This document shows positions 32,787 to 43,472 of a stretch of 64,000 nucleotides of DNA, piece after piece. The notes below the pieces were generated by a model that was given only the letters and a program-made list of their open reading frames with translations, was not told where the DNA came from and did no database searches. How positions within the stretch are numbered: the stretch's first letter is position 1; every line of letters starts with the position of its first letter. Position numbers and translations under genes: made by a program. This stretch comes from Podarcis bocagei (taxonomy: Eukaryota), in the NCBI GenBank assembly GCA_964188305.1, contig OZ076898.1; one strand, written 5' to 3'.

Positions 32787-33514
32787 GATTAACCCCCCAA
32801 AACCTGACTCTGCCACTGCCAGATCTGTACTTGGCTCCACATCCAGCCACCATTTTTTTATTTCAAAAGTTGGCGATGCCAAAAACTTTGTGTGTTCCCA
32901 CTGCCCCTGACACAAAAGTAGGGATTTTATAGTTCAAGTTGTCCTCTCCTTGAAAGCTTCTTATATTTTCTCAGCCACACCCATATTGGCTGGGTTCTGG
33001 GGAAATCTCTTTCAGTAAAAGGATATTACATATAATAACATCTCCTCATACTTCTTGAATTCCTTGAGAGTTTGGTCAAAAATCCAAAATACAGAATTAG
33101 TGCAACTTTGTCAGCAGAATCTTCTAAAGTTCTCTACTCACACAGAGGCATAATCATTCGTAGCTGACTAAGTGAGCTGCTTCAATGTAAACTCACCATG
33201 TAAGTACAGTACTCCTTCTCTAGCAGGCAAGTCACGTCAGTCCCTATGTCCTGCTGAAATCCAGTGGATAACCTTTTGAATAAGAAAAGGGGAGAAAGGT
33301 GAATGAGGTACTAACAGGCGCACTCCTATGTAATCCCTCAAAATTGAGCCCCATTGGAATCAATGGTGATTACGCCCAGGTAAGTGCAGCATAAGCTAGG
33401 CAACTGTAGGAAAGGAGACTATTTGTGACTATTTTTATTTGGTTTTGTTTTACGTGGTGGAAAATGACATAGTTGAAGTCATACTTAATTCTGTCTTCCA
33501 AGAATGGTTGGGAC

Positions 33515-33666
33515 TAGAAATCATAGAATTGTAGACGCAAAAGGGACGCTGAGGATCATCTAGTCCAATCCCCTGCAATGCAGAAATATGTAGCTGCCCC
33601 ATATGGGGATCAAAACTGCAACCTCTGTGATATCAGCACCATACACTAACCAACAGAGCTATCCAG
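33515..33666 (-). mobile_element. tRNA(Ile-like)-headed SINE with the same CR1-like tail
   Basis: On the - strand: TGGATAGCTCTGTTGGTTAGTGTATGGTGCTGATATC...GATCCCC, then CTGCATTGCAGGGGATTGGACTAGATGATCC...ATTCTATGAT. Confidence 0.55.
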
Positions 33667-33976
33667 GCAATTAATTCCTAAAAAAATAAATACTGCAGTT
33701 CGCACCTGCTCCAAAAATCACCTCCTTTGACATAGAAATCCTGCCAGAAATCCCAAATGTTTGAGAGCTAGCTGTGGCTATTCAGGAACAGTCTGCCCAT
33801 GCTCAGAGACACAAGTACTTATTATGCATATGCCATGGCTAAGGCCTAGTACTAAAAATAAACTAATGATCTAGTTTGCTTAGTATGGCTGGCTGCTTTT
33901 GTTCTTCTGCGTATATAAACTCCTATGTTTGTAATAAAAACCTTTAAACCACTTTCACGGATGCCTTACTTATGTA

Positions 33977-34372
33977 CAGTGGTACCTCGGGTTAAGTACT
34001 TACCGTATTTTTCGCTCTATAACACGCACCCGACCATAACACGCACGTCGTTTTTAGAAGAGGAAAATCCGTAGGCATGCCACCCGTAGGCATTGCCTCC
34101 ATAACACGCACAGACATTTCCCCTTATTTCTAGGAGGAAAAAAGTGAGTGTTATGGTGCAAAAAATACGCTAATTTGTTCCGGAGGTCCGTTCTTAACCT
34201 GAAACTGTTCTTAACCTGAAGCACCACTTTAGCTAATGGGGCCTCCTGCTGCTGCCACACCGCCGGAGAACTATTTCTGTTCTCATCCTGAAGCAAAGTT
34301 CTTAACCTGAGGTACTATTTCTGGGTTAGCGGAGTCTGTAACCTGAAGCGTATGAAACCCAAGGTACCACTG
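33977..34372. mobile_element. CAGTGGTACCTC-family MITE interrupted by a nested CCGTATTTT-family MITE (34003-34170)
   Basis: Outer TIRs with TA TSD. Inner element CCGTATTTTTCG...CAAAAAATACGC is inserted at a duplicated TA. The uninterrupted site (GTACTTAATT) is visible in the 63171 copy. Confidence 0.85.
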
Positions 34373-34869
34373 TATATATATTAAATAAATCTGTCAGCAA
34401 ATGAACTGGCCCTTTGATTGATGACATTGTTCCGGTTATTGCAATATGAAGGGCCATAGCTCAGTGCAAGCCAAAGGTCCCTGGTTCGATCTGCAGCATC
34501 TCTGGGTGGAGTTGGGAGACTCTTGCCTGAAGCCCTGGAGAGCAGCTGCCAGTCAGTGTAGACAATACTGAGCAAGATGGACCAATTGTCTGACTCAACA
34601 TAAGGCAGTTTCCTATGTTCCTATCTCAGTAGTCAAAACTGCGCATTTGTGTGCGTTTTAACTAGATAATTAATTCATTGAAAGTGAGGAGAGAACAACG
34701 AGAGGATAGTAATTTTTAAGTGCTGTGAAGTAGAATAATTTATAGAATTACCGCGGCTGGGTTTATGGGGAGAAAAGCAACAGGCGCCTGAAGTGGAGGA
34801 TACCACTGAGCCTTTCAGTAGCACTTTAAAAACAAAATTTAAATAAATCAATAAGGCTGCGGTGAATAG

Positions 34870-35530
34870 TCGGTTGCCATGGTAATGGAACCAATTGCCC
34901 TTTTCTGAAATGGCGCTTCGGGATAGCGCTCTTTGTGGGGGAAGGGAGTCCTCTGCCCTGTTCCAAAATGTCCTTTGATAAACTTGCCCACACTTAAAAT
35001 GGCCGTTTCGGGGGGAGAATTAATAGGTGCATCGGTATGCAGTGCACGGCCTCTTTAGAGACAGCGCGGCTGCCGACTGCCCTTTTCTAAGATGGTGGCG
35101 ATCCGGGAGTAGCGCCTCTCAAAATGGCGGCAGGCATTCTCTGCCCATACTCAAAATGGCGCTCACCTTTTACCGTGTTTTCAATGAGGAATAAAGCCGC
35201 GCAAACCATAAAAACGGGCTACCGCCATTCCATCTTCCCACAACTCTGATTTCCAGCGCTGACTTTCAGAGAGAAACTTCTCTAAGACTGCATTTATTTA
35301 AAACAGCAGTTTCCCTTAATAAAGATGGCGGCATTCTTCTCTTTTAAAAAATGTGACTGGGTGCTAACGCTTAATAAGGCTTCCAAACTCTCTTACCTAA
35401 AATATCTTAATTTGAATTCAAAGTGCGGAAGGAAGACTTTGACCCGCTGAGTTACTAGGGGCAGGATTTTTGATCTCCAACCGGGAAAGGGAGAATGAAT
35501 AACGTTTTCCAATATGGCCACCTGCTCCTT
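34870..35530. promoter_or_regulatory. Cluster of YY1-type motifs (AA[A/G]ATGGCG) plus an RFX X-box
   Basis: AAATGGCG, AAAATGGCC and AAGATGG motifs at about 34909, 34997, 35089, 35121, 35153 and 35322, all on one strand. GTTGCCATGGTAAT at about 34873. Locally raised CpG. Confidence 0.55.
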
Positions 35531-36108
35531 TTTCCTTTTAACTGAATTAGCGTTTCCCTTTTGAGAAACGTAGACTAAAAATTCTAGAGTGATCATTCCA
35601 ATAGTCAGACACGGGACAATGATCGTTTTGACGTAATTTCCCCTCGGATGTCGAGTGAAAGTGATAGCAGCCCATAGGACACAAAGCAGAAATTCAGGAA
35701 TACTGTATATAGTGTAGCTATGGTTGGGCAGAAGCGTGCCCCGAAGTAGAATCTACCTGAAACGTGGTTTTATACTCTTTTAAGTTCTTGTTTTTTGTGA
35801 CGAATGTGCGTGTCTGTTTGTATAAAGTCTCAAAATATTTGCAAATTGTGCCGCAAATGCAAATCAAATACTCAGCCTTCTTTTTTATTCCTAACGGGTA
35901 GGATGGGGCGCTGAAGCTGAATAAGTTACAAGAACTCTGCAATTGAAGTCCAGGGATTTTATATTAAAACATTAACGCTACACCACCTCCAGCCTTTGGC
36001 ACAACAAACAGCCTTGTTAAACGGTGCTTAACAACTTTATTATTAATTTATTATTCGCTTCCTATGAAACATCCCAAAGCTATTGATGATAAAAAAGGTA
36101 TAGCTTCT

Positions 36109-36589
36109 TAGGGACAGAACTACCTAAACCGTATACTGTAGAAACTTATTCATGTATGCTGCTACAGTGGCAAGAATGTTACTTGCCCAAAAATGGAAAA
36201 AAGCGTAAGTCCCAGCAAAGGAAGAATGGATGCAAAATCTTATGGAATATGCAGAAATGGTGAAACCTACCAGAAGAATAAGAAATCAAGAGAACACAAT
36301 TTTTATAAAAGAATGGAAATTGTTTATTGAACATTTACAGATAAATTGTAAACATATAGAAACGTTGGCAGGATTATTGTAATAACCTGCAGTTTCATAA
36401 GAGTATATATTTAAAGAAGATGAATAAATGAGCAAATTAAGTTAATTCGGACATGCAGAAGATATTAAAAATAAATTTAATAAACCGTAGAAAGAGGGGA
36501 GAGGAAGTCAAGTTTTGAAATGTCAAAATGATTGCAAAATTAGTGAAGTGTATAAACTTGAAAAGTAAGTCTTTTTTTAAAAAATAAGG
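36109..36589 (+). mobile_element. Older 5'-truncated L1-clade 3' fragment
   Basis: Degenerate translation (MYAATVARMLLAQKWK...KEEWMQNLMEYAEM) parallels the C-terminus of the 3039..3518 L1 ORF. Flanked by a 13/14-identical repeat AAGGT[A/C]TAGCTTCT at 36095-36108 and 36590-36603. Confidence 0.7.
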
Positions 36590-36878
36590 AAGGTCTAGCT
36601 TCTCACCAGACGAAGTTATTTTGAAAATTGAAAATCTTCTATACAAGATACACCTCAGCGGTATTTAAAGTGGTCTCTGGAATGCCCTCGCAACTCAAAA
36701 GTCAGAGCTTTACATGCTAACGAGCTCCTCAAACAGAAATGTGGACACGGTAAGTCGAGGTGCTCGCGTTAGTCTCCAATTTCTGCGTCTATGTTGAGTA
36801 TACGTCATCGAAGGAGGAAAAAGGGATGCCGAGCCCATAGTGGGGCGTGGCTATGGAGAGCAGCTGCCCGCTTTCAAG

Positions 36879-39800
36879 ATGGAGGAGCCCAGCACATGGG
36901 ATGAGCCGAGCAGCGGCTCCAGTAGCAGCAATGAGGAGGATGAGGACATGGAAATGGAGGAGAAGGCTAAAGAAGAAGAGAAGGGTCGAGGGGGAGCTTA
37001 TGTGCCAGGACAGGGGGCCCCTCCAGCACCTGGGGAAGAACTGGTGATGGACGAGGGTGCCTATCGCCTCTATCATCGCGCAGGCACAGGTCAGATCATG
37101 TATTGGAAGGAGGGGGGGTCTGTCTTTTTGGACTGGAAAGGAAAGGGACGCTTGCTAAGGTGAACGGGAAAGGATTCCAAAATTGTAGACAGGGAGGAAT
37201 GGAGGTGGGAATTTGTCAGGGTATAGATGCATTGGTTCTTCGACGTGGGCCACACGGGTTAGTTTGGTTGTATAGGCGAGCCCTGACTCCTAAAGACCTC
37301 AGCCACAAATATTATGGGAATGTGGCATGGCATGTGATGAGTGGCTGTAGGTTAGGAGCGTCCTTTAGGGGCCAGAAGATATGGGGTATGTGTGTATATA
37401 TATATGTGTGTGTATATATATGATAGGTTTAAAGCGACAAGGGGTATGCACTGAACCTCATTTGTAGCAAACCCATGACCTCTTAATTCTCACCAGCCAC
37501 GTTGGTAAAGTTGCAAGAGCTGTGGCTAAATAGTAAGATTCAAAATAGATTCCACTGCATGTTTTTGCACAAAGTTAGTAATTGTGAGTACAGAACTAGA
37601 AGCTGAGGGCTGTGCCGGACCTCCTGTTGTACTATTTATATCAAAAAGGTGAAACAACTATTAAAAACACAAAGCAATTTCAGCATAAACATTTCTGGCA
37701 GAAAGGCCTAAAACTAAATCCGCAGTAAATTTACATACCACCATGTGTTGCATATGTGTATACGTTAAGATACGAACAATTGTTTGCATACGGCAAGGAC
37801 TGTAAATCAACGTGATGAAGAAAACTCACAGTAGATATGGGGCAAAGAGGGGCATTGCCACAGAAAGGAATGCTGATGTCCCTGTGTCTCCTTCGACCCT
37901 GTGCAGGTTCCCCTTGCTTGAGCTTTGACATTTTGCGAGATGCTCTTGGAGAGAATCGAACCACCTACCCGCTGAGCCTTCTCCTTTGTGCTGGAACTCA
38001 GGCTGAAACTGCCAATGCCAACAGGTGAGTTTGTGAGGAGCTTGGCTTCCAGCAAGCCAGCTACACTGAAGCCAGGACAAGAGGGCCTGTGGCAGGGATG
38101 TGGGACCCCTGGCCTTCGCTTGTTAGACTCAGCTTTGCGGTCAGTTGTCGGGAATGCTGGGAACTGTAGTTCCCACCATCTGGAGGGCCAGAGGTTCACC
38201 ATCCTTGAAAACACCTGCTTATAGACCACTGAAATGTCTCCTTTTCTCTCCCCCACTCCCTGCAAATAGGCTGATGGTGATGAAGATGCACCACCTCTAT
38301 GGGACCAAACGTGCTGGCAAGGATTCTTCAGGGTCAGAGAGTAGCAGCGACAGTGAAAGTGATGAAGACGAAGAGAAAAAGCCCCAATTGGAACTGGCCA
38401 TGGTCCCCCATTATGGGGGTATTAACAGAGTTCGGGTACGAAACCATATTCCTGCTGGTCTCTCACTCTGCTCTGGCAAAGTTCTCTACCTTAATGGTCT
38501 GTTGTTGTTTTGATAGGTGACAGAATTGGGTGGATCACAGATCGCAGCGGTTTGGTCTGACAAGGGGCAGGTGGACATATACGACCTACAGCGCCCCCTC
38601 GTGGCCCTGTCCGACTCTCAAGCCATGGCAGCCTTTCTGCGAGAAGAGCAGGCCAAGATCAAACCTGTCTTCTCATTCGCTGGGCATATGACGGAAGGAT
38701 TTGCTATGGACTGGTCTCCCAAGAAACCAGGTAATCAGCTGGGATGGAACAGGAATGGAGTTGGCAGAGCTGGGAACAGGAGACCTGGACCGGCGGGACC
38801 GCAGTTCAGAATAACTTGTACCTTACCTATTCCAGGGACTCTTTTGACTGGTGATTGCAACAAGAACATCCATCTGTGGACACCCAAGGAAGATGGATCA
38901 TGGCTTGTAGACCAGCGGCCTTTCACAGCCCACACTGCGTCAGTTGAAGACCTGCAGTGGTCCCCAAATGAAGCTACAGTGAGGAAGTGGTTTGATGGGT
39001 GCAGCTTGCTTTACAGTGAAAATTTCTGAGCTTGGGGAAATGTTAATGTGCTTCCTAGTTACCTGGGACTTAATCAAAGTGTTTCAAATCAGCTAAGGCT
39101 GCATTTTTTATTTTTTAAAAAGGCAGTTGCCTATTATTTCTCTTGCATATGCTTGGCCACAAGGTTGGTTTAATGGAATCTGAAATCAGATAGGCCTTGA
39201 TTTGTATTTTTAAAAAGGATATAATCGAAGACCAGATCCTGGTGTCAGGTGAAGTTTTCCTTTGCAGGTGGGCTTGAATTTAAGCTGGTATTGTACAGCA
39301 AAAATGTTCCTTTGCCCCCAGTTTTCCTTTCCTCACATGCTTTGAAATCAAGAATTTCCCTTTATGCTGCCTTTGCGGTTTGAAACCAAACTGTCTGGGC
39401 AAAAGAAGCAGGTCTTGTTGTCAGTTGCAGCTGCAAGCCCCACTTTCCTTAGGGGTTGGCTCTACTTGAAGTTCCTGAGTGGAATCAATTCCAGGGTGGC
39501 TTGCATTTGCCACTACATTTCAAAGGAATTGAATGTAAGCCCTGCTTGTCAAAGAACAACTCCTGATCCTCTGCAGCTATATTTTTACTTGCACCCAGCT
39601 TGATAAGACATCGGGTGGGGATTTCTTAGGGGTGGGGACTGCCTTACAGGGGCCATATTAAGACCCCAGCCAGGCCTAATGCTATGCTCTGCCTTTGCAG
39701 TCAGAGGTAGTGATGATTCTGACTACCAGTTGCTGCAAACCACAGGAAAGTGCTCTGGTTCTGCTTGCAGGCTTTTCATAGGCATCTGACTGGCCACAGG

Positions 39801-41306
39801 GAGGACAGGAAGCTGGGCTTGATTGGCCTGATCCAGCAGGCTCTTCCTATGGTCTGAATTAGGCCTGCAATACAGAGGTTCTCCACTGCATCACTTTGCA
39901 TGGCTTTTTCCACATTTCCTTTTACCTGTGTTCCACTGCACTGGATATACCTGTGCCTTTTCTCCTTCCTATTCATTGTGGACAAAATCTCAAATTCTGC
40001 AAAATCTTGACATGAACAGCACAGAACGAACATATTTATTATACAAAGCAAGTCCATGTACCTAGGCACTGCTTTGCTAACCCGAGCACAGGTTGTTAAG
40101 CCAAGATTTGTAATTACCAGGTAACTGGTCCGATTCAGAACATCAGTGCACAAGTTTTGATGCTAAACTTTGACAACAGTTCACAGGTGAAAGGCAGATT
40201 TATATGACTTCATAAGGGGATACTGGAATTTGCATGGGGAAGAAGGCCTGATGCAGGGACATGAGAGCTCTCCGCTATGTTTAACCATAACAGTTCTTTG
40301 CCCTTGTTCTTGGGTCAGGTTTTTGCTTCCTGCTCAGCGGATGCCTCCATCCGCATCTGGGATACACGGGCACCACCGGGGAAAGCCTGCATGCTGACCG
40401 CCAGCCAGGCGCATGATGCAGACGTCAACGTCATCAGCTGGAATCGAAACGAGCCCTTCATCGTCAGCGGTGGCGATGATGGGATCCTCAGGATCTGGGA
40501 CCTCAGGCAGTTCCAGGTTAGAAATCGCTGTCAAAATATGTTAGGGAAAACCTTTAGATCAGGAGTTGGCAACCTAAGGCCCATGGGCCACAAGTAGCCC
40601 ACGGGGGTCATTTAACCGGCCCCCGAGCCGCCCACTTGGCGAGTCCCTGAACACTGCGCTAAACCAGCGCGGCGCAGGGACTCACTTCTGCAGCGCTGGA
40701 AATCGCAGTCGCGCTTGCTCATGGGCACATGCAATTCGGCCCATGGAGGTATCTCCACTGGAGTGAACCGGCCCAGGCAAGGTAAACCTTGCCGACCCCT
40801 GCTTTAGATGTTGCTGAACTACAACTCCCATCAGCCCCAGTGAGCATGGCCAGGGATGATGGGAGTTGTAGTTCAGCAACATTTGGAGGGCCAAAGGTTC
40901 CGCACACCTGTACACATTATTCCCCCTTCAAATCTTCTTCACAAGCAATAGCCCTCAAACTCAGCCCTTCTTTTGTCCTCCCCTTTCTCTGCAGAAAGGG
41001 TCAGCTGTCGCCACCTTCAAGCAGCACACGGCACCCATCACGTCCGTTGAATGGCACCCTACAGACAGCGGCGTGTTTGCAGCCTCCGGCGCCGATGACC
41101 AGGTGACGCAGTGGGACTTGGCTGTGGAGCGAGACGAGGAAGCAGAGGCCAAGGACCCAGCTTTGGCCTCCATCCCACCCCAGCTACTGTTTGTTCACCA
41201 GGGAGAGAACGACATTAAGGAGCTGCATTGGCATCCGCAGTGCCCTGGCACCCTCATCACCACAGCCCTATCTGGCTTCAACATCTTCCGGACTATCAGC
41301 GTCTGA
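36879..41306 (+). CDS. GRWD1: Glutamate-rich WD repeat-containing protein 1 (Rrb1 ortholog), about 453 aa, 7 coding exons
   Basis: Exons 36879-37089, 37907-38024, 38270-38435, 38517-38730, 38836-38978, 40319-40516, 40995-41306. All introns are GT-AG with consistent phase (1362 nt total). Recognised peptides [51 protein letters not shown] and C-terminus LHWHPQCPG...FRTISV. Start ATG is inferred. Confidence 0.95.
40560..40801. mobile_element. Non-autonomous hAT-type element in GRWD1 intron 6
   Basis: TIRs CAGGAGTTGGCAA / TTGCCGACCCCTG. Perfect 8-bp TSD CTTTAGAT at 40552-40559 and 40802-40809. Confidence 0.8.
40810..40910. mobile_element. Palindromic MITE (actacaactcccatca...gatgggagttgtagt family)
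   Basis: Near-perfect hairpin. Related copies at about 2860-2995, 38095-38218, 46275-46385, 52540-52660, 52750-52885 and 53470-53600. Confidence 0.65.
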
Positions 41307-41834
41307 GGGAGAGCGAGGCTTTCAAAATGGCCGCCTGGGGTTTGCGGACCTGTTGCTAAGAGAGGTGCTAAGCACAGTACCCTTCGTTGCTTCTTTCAAG
41401 ATGGCTGCAGTCTCTCCTCCCTGTGGACTCTAAAACCTAAAATAATGGGTTCTTTTGTTGATTTAATAACTAACTTTTGCTTTTGGAATAGGTCTTCACA
41501 GCTGCCCCGATTAAGCTTTGCAGTCTTTTGATGAGGTCATCACCTCTCCCTGTCATCACGTTAATGAGTGATAATGATTAGAATAGCCTTTGCTCTGCTT
41601 TATCTACACTCATTCCTCGGACAAATCGGATGATTCAGGTCTCATTTAGATGTTTCCACTCCGCTATGGGAAGAGTTCAAAACAGACTTAATGGCTTTTT
41701 CTGTGTGTGAAACCATCCAAACGTATGATGTATGACACAGTTTGCAAGCATCTGCTTAACTGTTGATCAGAGCCTACCACTGATGTGGCGGGGGGGGGGG
41801 AGAGGAAATTGTTTGTAAAGAATAATGTATTTTA

Positions 41835-41840
41835 AATAAA
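41835..41840 (+). terminator. Candidate GRWD1 polyadenylation signal
   Basis: AATAAA about 530 nt after the GRWD1 stop. Confidence 0.45.
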
Positions 41841-42645
41841 TATAAATTATTTTGGAGGAAAGGCGGAAACCCCGTCAACATTTTGACAGGCTGCATTTTT
41901 CTTGTTTTACCTTTGGACAAGCTGGGACATACTAAGCCCACGGCCTTGCACCATCCAGCAGGGGCTCTCTAAGCCTGATCCATTTGCCACTTACCAAAAA
42001 CAGAGAAGAACTGGGGGGCAGCATTGCCCTACAATAATTTCTCTGATCATGTATAATACATGATAAGGCAGGGCTTTTTAATCATTGTATTTTTTATGTT
42101 GTGAGCTGCTCTCAGAAACATGGGTGATACACAAATTTAATAAAAATTAATTTTTCAAAGTGGAAGTTAGGAATTCCCTTTGCCCCGTGTCGCTAAGAGC
42201 CAGTGTGGTGTAGCGTCAGACCAGGACCTGTGAGACCTGGGTTCAAATCCCCACTTGGGCTTGGCACTCACTGTGGGTGACCCTAAGCCAGTCACTGCCT
42301 TCCAGCCTAACCTACTGCCCAGGGTTGTTGGGATTAAATGAGGCGGAGAACCAGTTACACCACCTTGAGCTTCCCGGAGAAAACAGTGGGATATAAATGC
42401 AAGAAACAAATAGGCCTGTGCCTCCCTCAACCTCTCATGCCAGAGGGGAGGGTGTCCCTGCTTTCTTATCTGGCCTTAGGAAATCTGCCTAGGTCACATA
42501 CCCCTTTCCCTAGGCCAGATCCCATCACCTTTACTCCACACCTTCCTTGTGTGGCTGATGTGTTCTTGAACTGCGATGCTTCTTGCTCACCTGCGTGGGA
42601 AGAGGGGTTTGTAGTTGCAAGCAGAGAGGCCTCTGCCTGAATGTA

Positions 42646-42984
42646 AAGGTAAAGGGACCCCTGACCATTAGGTCCAGTCGCGGACGACTCTGGGGTTGCG
42701 GCGCTCATCTCGCTTTATTGGCCAAGGGAGCCGGTGTACAGCTTCCGGGTCATGTGGCCAGCATGACTAAGCTGCTTCTGGCGAACCAGAGCAGCACATG
42801 GAAATGCCATTCACCTTCCCGCTGGAGCGGTACCTATTTATCTACTTGACTTTGACGTGCTTTCGAACTGCCAGGTTGGCAGGAGCAACGGGAGCTCACC
42901 CCGTTGCAGGGATTCGAACCGCCAACCTGATCAGCAAGTCCTAGGCTCTGTGGTTTAACCCACAGAACCACCCGCGTCCCCCCA
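42646..42984 (-). mobile_element. Sauria SINE
   Basis: Head GGGACGCGGGTGG... and (ACCTTT)-type tail on the - strand. TSD CCTGAATGTA at 42636-42645 and 42985-42994. Confidence 0.8.
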
Positions 42985-43143
42985 CCTGAATGTAGCTTTC
43001 AATAAATAAAGGAAGACTCACAGCTGTTGCTCTGGCCCCACCAATTCACCACAGGCTGCTCACCCCCCACAAAGGTTGCCTATGGAAGAATGTGGCCTTT
43101 GGGCTGCAAAAGGTTTCCCCTGATAAGGCTCAAACTTCTTCCT

Positions 43144-43149
43144 TTTATT
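43144..43149 (-). terminator. Candidate TSEN34 polyadenylation signal
   Basis: AATAAA on the - strand about 325 nt after the stop. Confidence 0.45.
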
Positions 43150-43472
43150 TCTGAGCACGCACAAACCTTGTCTCCGGGCAGCTGGAAAAAGACAAATTAC
43201 ACTACTGCAGAAACGCTGCCAAAGTCAGTCCAAGTATTTCTCCTTGGCCATCTTCTTTATGTACACAGAGCTGCCCTCCATGAGACATTCGCACATGGAG
43301 ATGTCTGCTGGGAGACTACACACACCGACAGTCATTTGCACAATTGTAATGTGGAGGGCTAACTGTAAATGAAGTAAGAGAACAGCCGGAGTAGACTGTG
43401 CTATAATAGCTTAAGCCAAGCCCCACACCACTGTCAGAACAGCAACCCTAAATCACCACTGGCATCCTCTTC

